Assembly (NCBI GenBank): GCA_031361565.1
Contig: JANLRI010000058.1
Coordinates: 6,800 to 70,799 of the forward strand
Origin: Betaproteobacteria bacterium
GTDB taxonomy: Bacteria > Pseudomonadota > Gammaproteobacteria > Burkholderiales > Burkholderiaceae_E
Length of the DNA: 64,000 nucleotides
Direction: 5' to 3'
Part shown: one piece after another, positions 15,001 to 23,000 of the stretch
How positions within the stretch are numbered: position 1 is the stretch's first letter
Layout: every line of letters begins with the position of its first letter
Notes under the pieces: model-generated
Database searches by the model: none
The model's input: the letters and a program-made list of their open reading frames with translations, nothing else
What the model was told of the DNA's origin: nothing
Translations under genes and position numbers: made by a program

Positions 15001-18000
15001 GCGAGTGGAACCGGCAACATTAATGACACCATCAACCTCGCCTCCGGAGCCACCGCCACCTACACACTCAGCGGCGCCATCCCCGCTTCGGCCAACGGCT
15101 CCCTCACCAACACCGCAACCATAAGCACACCTACTGGCATCACCGACCCAACTCCCGCAAACAACACCGCAACCGATGTTGATACCCTCGGACCACGCGC
15201 TGAGATTTCCATCACCAAGACCGACAACGCAACAACAGCCATCCCCGGCACCCCAATTACCTACACCCTTGTTGCTAGCAACAGCGGACCATCGATTGCC
15301 AACGGCGTGATCGTTACCGACACACTTCCCACCACCCTCTCCGGCGCCACCTGGACCTGTGCACCCTTGGCTGGAGCAACGTGTGCCGCGAGTGGAACTG
15401 GCAACATCAACGACACCATCAACCTTCCCGTAGGAGCCACCGCCACCTACACACTCACCGCCACCATCTCGTCGGCCGCCACCGGCACGCTCACCAACTC
15501 TGCAACCGTTACCGCACCTGCAGGCGTGGGCGAAAACAACGTAGCGAACAACTCAGCAACCGACACCGACACGCTGCTCACCACGGCTGATTTGGCCATC
15601 ACCAAAACCGACAACGCATCCACCGCTATCCCGGGCACACCAATCACGTACACCATCGTTGCCAGCAACAGTGGGCCTTCGACAGTTATCGGCACCACCA
15701 TCACCGACACACTCCCCGCCGCCCTCACCGGTGCCAACTGGACATGCGTGGCCTCGGCGGGAGCAACGTGTGCCGCTAGTGGCTCGGGCTCGATCAGCGA
15801 TGTCATCAACTTGGCAGCAGGTGCAACGGCCACCTACACGATCACTGCAAACGTTTCTGCCACAGCCACGGGTTCACTCGCCAACACGGCAACCATAAGC
15901 ACACCCACTGGCGTAGTTGACCCAACTCCCGGTAACAATTCAGCCACCGACACCAACACGTTGACCCCACGTGCCGATTTGGCCATCACTAAAACCGACA
16001 ACGCAGCCACCGCTATCCCGGGCACACCAATCACGTACACGATCGTTGCCAGCAACAGTGGGCCTTCGACAGTTATCGGCACCACTATCAACGACACGTT
16101 ACCGGCCGCACTTGGTGGTTCGGCCTGGACTTGCGTCGCCTCGGCCGGTGCTACCTGTGGAGCAGCAAATGGAACCGGGGACATTACCGACACCATCGAC
16201 CTTGCCGTAGGCGCCACCACCACCTATACCCTCACTGCTTCCATCTCCCCCTCTGCAACGGGCACCTTGGTCAACACGGCAACCATAAGCACGCCTATTG
16301 GTGTCGTTGATCCATCCTCGGCGAACAACGCAGCCACCGACACCACCACCCTCGTACCCACTGCTGATTTGCGCATCACCAAAACTGACAACTCGGCCAC
16401 TGCCATCCCTGGCGCTCCGATTACCTACACCGTTGTTGCCACCAACAACGGGCCTTCGGCGGTTACCGGTGCCGTAGTGAATGACACGCTCCCGGCATAC
16501 CTCACCGGTGCCACCTGGACCTGTGTGGCCACCGCCGGAACCACCTGCCCAACTGCAAGCGGAACCGGGAACATCAACAACACCCTCAATCTCGCACCGG
16601 GCGCCAGCGCCACCTATACCGTTACTGCTTCTGTTTCATCCACGGCAACCGGCACACTCACTAACACCGCAACACTAAGCACACCTACGGGCATTACCGA
16701 CCCAACCCCAGCCAACAACTCAGCCACCGATACCGATACGTTTGTCATCACCGCTGATCTCAGCGTCACCAAGACCGACAATGCCGCCTCGGCCATTCCT
16801 GGCACACCCATCACGTACACCATCACTGCCACCAACAACGGGCCTTCGACCATCACCGGCGCGACTGTTACTGACACCCTCCCAACCGCCCTTTCCAGTG
16901 CTACCTGGACTTGCGTTGCTTCGGCTGGAGCAACGTGTGCCGCGAGTCGAACTGGCAACATCAACGACATCATCAACCTCGCCGTCGGTGCGACCGCAAC
17001 TTACACAGTGACCGCGAACATCAACCCGTCGGCCAGCGGGACACTCGCCAATACCGCGACAATAAGCGCGCCTACTGGAGTATTTGACCCGAGCCCTGGC
17101 AACAACAGCGCCACTGATTCCAACACCCTGGTACCCACCGCCGATCTGCGCATCACCAAAACCGACAACTCGCTTACTGCAATTCCTGGCACGCCCATCA
17201 CCTACACCATCATGGCCACCAACAACGGCCCAGCCAATGCCACCGGCGCAACCGTTACCGACACGTTGCCAGCGATCCTCAGCGGCGCGGCCTGGACCTG
17301 TGTTGCTACCGCCGGTGCAAGCTGCACACCAACGGGATTCGGTTCTATCAACGACACCGTGAATCTCAGTGTTGGATCCATCGCCACCTACACCGTTGCC
17401 GTAAACATCGATCCTGCTGCCACCGGCACACTCACCAACACGGCCCGCATCATTGTGCCCGCGGGCGTTACCGATCCAACCCCTGGAAACGATGCCGACG
17501 TAGACACCCTTGTACCAACGGCTGACCTCCGCATCACCAAAACCGACAACTCGCTCACGGCCACTCCAGGCACGCCCATCACCTACACCATCGTGGCTAC
17601 CAACGCCGGCCCATCGAACGCCATGGGAGCCACCATCACTGACACGCTTCCTGCGGCGTTACAAGGCGCTCTCAACAGCGCAACGTGGACCTGCGTTCCC
17701 ACGGCCACGGGAACCTGTACAGCTAGCGGCACTGGCTCAATCAACGACACGATCAACCTCGCCGTTGGTGCCAGCGCTACCTACACGCTCACTGCGTTGA
17801 TCGACCCGTCGGCCACCGGCACGCTCACCAACTCGGCAACCATAAGCGCACCTAGCTATATCACTGACCCAACCCCGTCTAACAACACCGCCACCGACAC
17901 CAGCACGCTCGCTCCAAGCGCCGATTTGGCTATCACCAAGACTGATGGCAAGACCAACGTGGTCCCTGGCCAAGCCACCACGTACACCATCGTCGCCACC

Positions 18001-21000
18001 AACAACGGCCTCTCAACGGTTACCAACGCCATCGTGACCGACGTGTTCCCAGCCGCCATCAGCGCCATCTCCTGGAGCTGTGCTGCCTCAGCTGGAGCAT
18101 CGTGTGTTGCTAGTGGCACCGGCAACATCAACCAACTCGTTACCTTGCTTCCCGGTGCCACCGTTACCTTCTCAGCCACAGGCACCGTCGACGAAAATGC
18201 CAGCGGCCTCCTCAGCAACACGGCAACCACCACTGCACCGGCAGGCACCATCGATCCGATTGCCACCAACAATTCAGCAACCGACACCAATACGCTTATC
18301 CCTGAATCTGATCTGCGTATCATCAAAACCAACAGCACACTTACTATCGTTCCGGGAACCTCTACCACCTACACCATCACCGCCACCAACTTTGGACCCT
18401 CGAAGCTGACAGGTGCCACCATTGCCGACACTCTTCCCGCTGGTCTCTCCAACGCCGTGTGGAGCTGTGTTGCCTCAGCAGGAGCAACGTGTGTCGCTAG
18501 CGGAACCGGCGACCTTAACCAACTTGTGAACCTGGACAACGGCGCATCAGTTACCTACACCGTTACCGCAAACATTGCACCCTCCGCTCGAGGCACGCTG
18601 GCCAACACGGCAACCGCCACGGTTCCGAGCAACGTGCTAGATCCAACGTTGTCTAACAACACAGCAACCGACACCGACACCCTCACCCCAAGCGCCGATC
18701 TCACCCTCACCAAAACCAACAGCGCGCTTACTACAGTTCCAGGCCTTGGTACCACCTACACCATCGTTGCCATCAACAACGGCCCATCTACCGTAGTCGG
18801 CGCGGTTGTTACCGACACGCTGCCTACTTCTCTCACCGGTGCCATTTGGACCTGTGTGGCCTCGGCCGGCGCTACCTGTGCGGCATCGGGCAGTGGCAGT
18901 ATCAATGACACCATCAACCTGGCGGTCGGCGCCACCGCTACCTACAAACTGACCGCCACCATCAGCCCGGCAGCCGTAGGCACACTTACTAACTCCGCTA
19001 CCCTCACCACCCCGGCCGACACCACCGATCCGGTTACTGTCAACAACACTGCGGCCGACACCGACACGCTTACCCCGCGTGCCGATCTTTCGATCGCCAA
19101 GACCCAAACCGGCCCGGCCATCCCGGGCGCCACGGTGCAGTACAGCATCGCCGTCTCCAATGCCGGTCCCTCGAACGCCGTGGGCGCCATCGTCAACGAC
19201 ATCCTGCCCGCTCAGCTCACCAACGCCACGTGGATCTGTACTACCTCGGGCCCGGGGGCAACAACGTCGGCCGCCAATGCCTGTACTGCGGGCGGCACTG
19301 GCAACATCACCGACCTGGTGAACCTCGGCGTGGGTGCCACCGCTACCTACACACTTACCGCCATCATCGATGAGTCATCCATAGGCACACTTACCAATAC
19401 CGCAACCGTCGCGGCAGCTCCTGGGACCACCGATCCCAACACGACAAACGACAGCGCAACGGTTACCTCGCCACTCGTCCCCACCGCTGAGCTTGTTGTC
19501 ACCAAAACCAGTGATGCACCAGCCGCAGGCGTCATTGCCGGAAGCACCCTCAGCTACACCATCACCGTGACCAACAACGGGCCATCGTTTGTTCCTAGCG
19601 CTCGAATCAACGACACCTTACCTGCCAACCTCACCAACGCCACCTGGACCTGTGCTGCGACCCCAGGCGCCACCTGCTCGGCCACATCTGGTGCCGCAAG
19701 CATTGCGCTGGCCGCCAACCTGGCTAACCACGCCAGCGTCACCATCACCGTTACCGGTACCGTTTCAGCTGCAGCCACTGGCAACCTCACCAACTCAGCA
19801 ATCGCCGCATTGCCTACATCCGTGGTTGACCCAACCCCCGACACCACGCCAGGCGCCATCATCGGCGAAACCAAAGCAACCGTTACTAACCCCGTCCGCG
19901 TAGTTGGCGATCTGGTTATTACCAAGACCAACAATGGCACCGAGCTCATCCCAGGTTTGACCACGAGCTACATCATCATCGTCACCAACAACGGACCTTC
20001 GGATCTCAAGGACGTGGTAGTTACCGATGTGCTCCCCGCTGGCCTCAGCAACGGCACCTGGACTTGTGATGCCACCAGTACCGCACTGTGCAGCGCAGCC
20101 AATGGAACCGGCAACCTCAACACCACTATCAACTTGGCAAACGGTGCCAGCACCACGTTCACGATGAATGCCACCGTCGACATGAATGCACCGTTTGGCC
20201 CGCTCACCAACATGGCCACCATTGCGCCCGCAACCGGTTCCTCCGATCCAATTGCCACCAACAACACCGCCACCGACACCGACACCGTTACCCCCAAGGT
20301 TGACCTAGCCGTCACCAAAACCAACGGCACCCTGTCGACGGTTCCTGGAACCCTAATCACCTATACGATAATGGTGAGCAATTCCGGCCCATCATCTGCC
20401 GTGGCCACTCGTGTTGTAGATACCCTAAGCGCGCTGTTGACTGGATCAACCTGGAGCTGTGTTGCCTTGGCTGGGAGCACTTGCTTAACTGCATCTGGCA
20501 CCGGCGACCTAAACACCACGGCGACCATTGCACCAAACAGCAGCGTCACTTACACCGTGAGCGGAACCGTACTGCCCGCACTACGAGGCACACTTACCAA
20601 CACCGCTACCGCCACCGCTGCCACTGGCACCACCGATACCGACACCACGAACAACACCGGAAGTGATGCCGACACGCTGATTCCGGCCGTGGCGCTATCG
20701 ATCACCAAGACCGACGGTCGCACCAACGCCAGCTCCGGCACCAACGCCGTGTACACCATCGTGGTTTCCAACGCTGGGCCTTCCACCGCACTCAATGCCA
20801 CCATCGCCGATGCACTGCCAAGCCTCGCGACCACTGCTCGATGGACATGTGTGGCCACCGCTGGATCAACCTGTGGAACAACCGCAGGCAGCACCAGCCC
20901 GAACACCACGATCGCTTCCATCGCTCCTAATGGCAGCGTTACCTTCACCGTGACCGTCACCACCGATGCTGCAAAGCGTGGCGACCTAGTGAACACTGCA

Positions 21001-23000
21001 ACCGTTACCGCTAGCGAGCCCGAAGCGAACACCAACGACAACTCCGCGACCGATGTAACCGGCCTTATTCCGTCGGCCGATGTCTCCATCGTCAAGTCCG
21101 ACGGTGCATCCGAGCAAATCCCCGGAACGAAGGCCACCTACACCATTCAAGTACGCAACCAAGGGCCATCGGATGCCCTAGGTGTACATGTTATTGATTC
21201 ACTACCAAATGCACTTACTAATGCTTCATGGACCTGCGTGGGTGATACCGGCGCTCGTTGTGCTGCTGCCAGTGGCTCGGGCAGCATCGACACTACGGTT
21301 GATCTGGCCGCCAGCAGTGTCATTACCTTCACCCTCACCGCCACCGTTGACCAAGCAGCAACGGGCACACTGCGCAACACTGCAACGGCCACCGTCCGCG
21401 CCGACATTACCGATCCTGATGCGACGAACAACTCCGCCTCCGATGAATCGTTGCTAAGTCCACATGCCGATCTCTCGATCGAGAAGACCAACGATCTCGA
21501 TACCGTGGTTGCCGGCGAAGACGTCACCTACAAAGTCACCGTGCGCAACAGCGGGCCATCAGCCGTAAACGACGCAACTGTCTTAGACTCTGTTCCTGCA
21601 GGCTTGCTTGATCCATCATGGACCTGTGCTGCGTCTGTTGGGGCCACGTGTGGTTCGAGGGACAGTGACCCGCGCGAACTCAACGAGCACGTGAACATCC
21701 CGGCCAACGGCTACGTGGTCTACACCATGACCGCCCACGTTGACCCAGCCGCCACCGGCACGATTTCGAACACGGCAACCGTAAACAGTTTCGGGATCAT
21801 CGACACCCAAGCCGGCAACGAAACTGCCACCGACGAAGACCCCATCATTATCAAGGCCGATCTCGGAATCACCAAGACCAACAACGCCACCATCTCCACC
21901 CCGGGAACCGACACCACCTACAGCATCACCGTCGTCAACAACGGCCCATCGGCAACCGGCGACTTCACCATCACCGATAAACTCTCTGAGCTGCTCACCA
22001 ATGCCGAGTGGACCTGTGCTGCCTCGGCCGGTGGAATCTGCACTGCTTCAGGTACCGGCGACGTTGTTGCTATCGCCTCGCTCCCGGCAAAGGGCACCGC
22101 TACTATTACCCTACGTGCACGTATTAGTTACAACGCCAAGGGCTCACTTACCAATACCGCCACGTTGGACCTACCGTTAACCATCGTTGACCCCGATCCC
22201 ACTAACAACGAAGCAACCGACACCGACACATTGGCCGCCAAGGTTGACCTAAAAATCGCCAAACGCCACATTGCGCCACTCGTTGCTGGATCCACCGCAA
22301 CCTATGAGCTAACCATCACGAACGCTGGCCCATCAACGGCCTTTGGCGCCCACGTCTTCGACCAGTTGCCTGATGCACTACTCAACGCCACGTGGACCTG
22401 TGCCGACAACATTGGCGCACATTGCCTCACCAAATCGGGCACTGCTGGCTCCTCTGGTGAGGTTGCCCTCGATGTTGATTTACTGCCAACCGCAACCATC
22501 GTGATCACCGTTACCGCAATGATCTCGCCTGAGTCTGGCGCGGAACTTTCTAACACCGCAACCGTTGCTGGCACTGACGGTTCCGACACCGATTTGTCGA
22601 ATAACTCAGCCACCGATGTTGGCGGCGTAACTCGTATGGCCGACGTGAAGATCACCAAGTCTGACGGTCGCGAGTGGGCCGTACAAGGGCGCGAAAATGG
22701 ATACACACTTACGGTTAGCAACGGGGGGCCATCAAGCGTTAAGGGTGTGCGTGTGCTTGATCTCGTGCCCAACGTTTACAGCGATGTGCACTGGAGTTGC
22801 GAAGTAGTCACCAACCCAACTCAGCCATTTGTTGCACGTATCGTGGCCTCGTGTGGTTCTTCCGAAGGTGTTGGCAACGTGGATCTCCTGGTGGATCTAC
22901 CCGTAGGTGCCGTCGTCGAAATTTTCGTAGTGGGCACACTTTCCAAGACCGCCCTCGCCCCGGTTACCAATACCACTTCGGCTGCGCTGCCCGATGGCTA
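1..23000 (+). repeat. Coding tandem array, unit 387 nt (129 codons), ~59 copies
   Basis: The ITKTD...PG...TYT anchor recurs every ~387 nt. The antisense pseudo-ORF ladder in the supplied track steps by exactly 387 nt (12165, 12552, 12939, 13326, 13713). Central copies are far more similar to each other than the terminal copies are. Confidence 0.9.
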
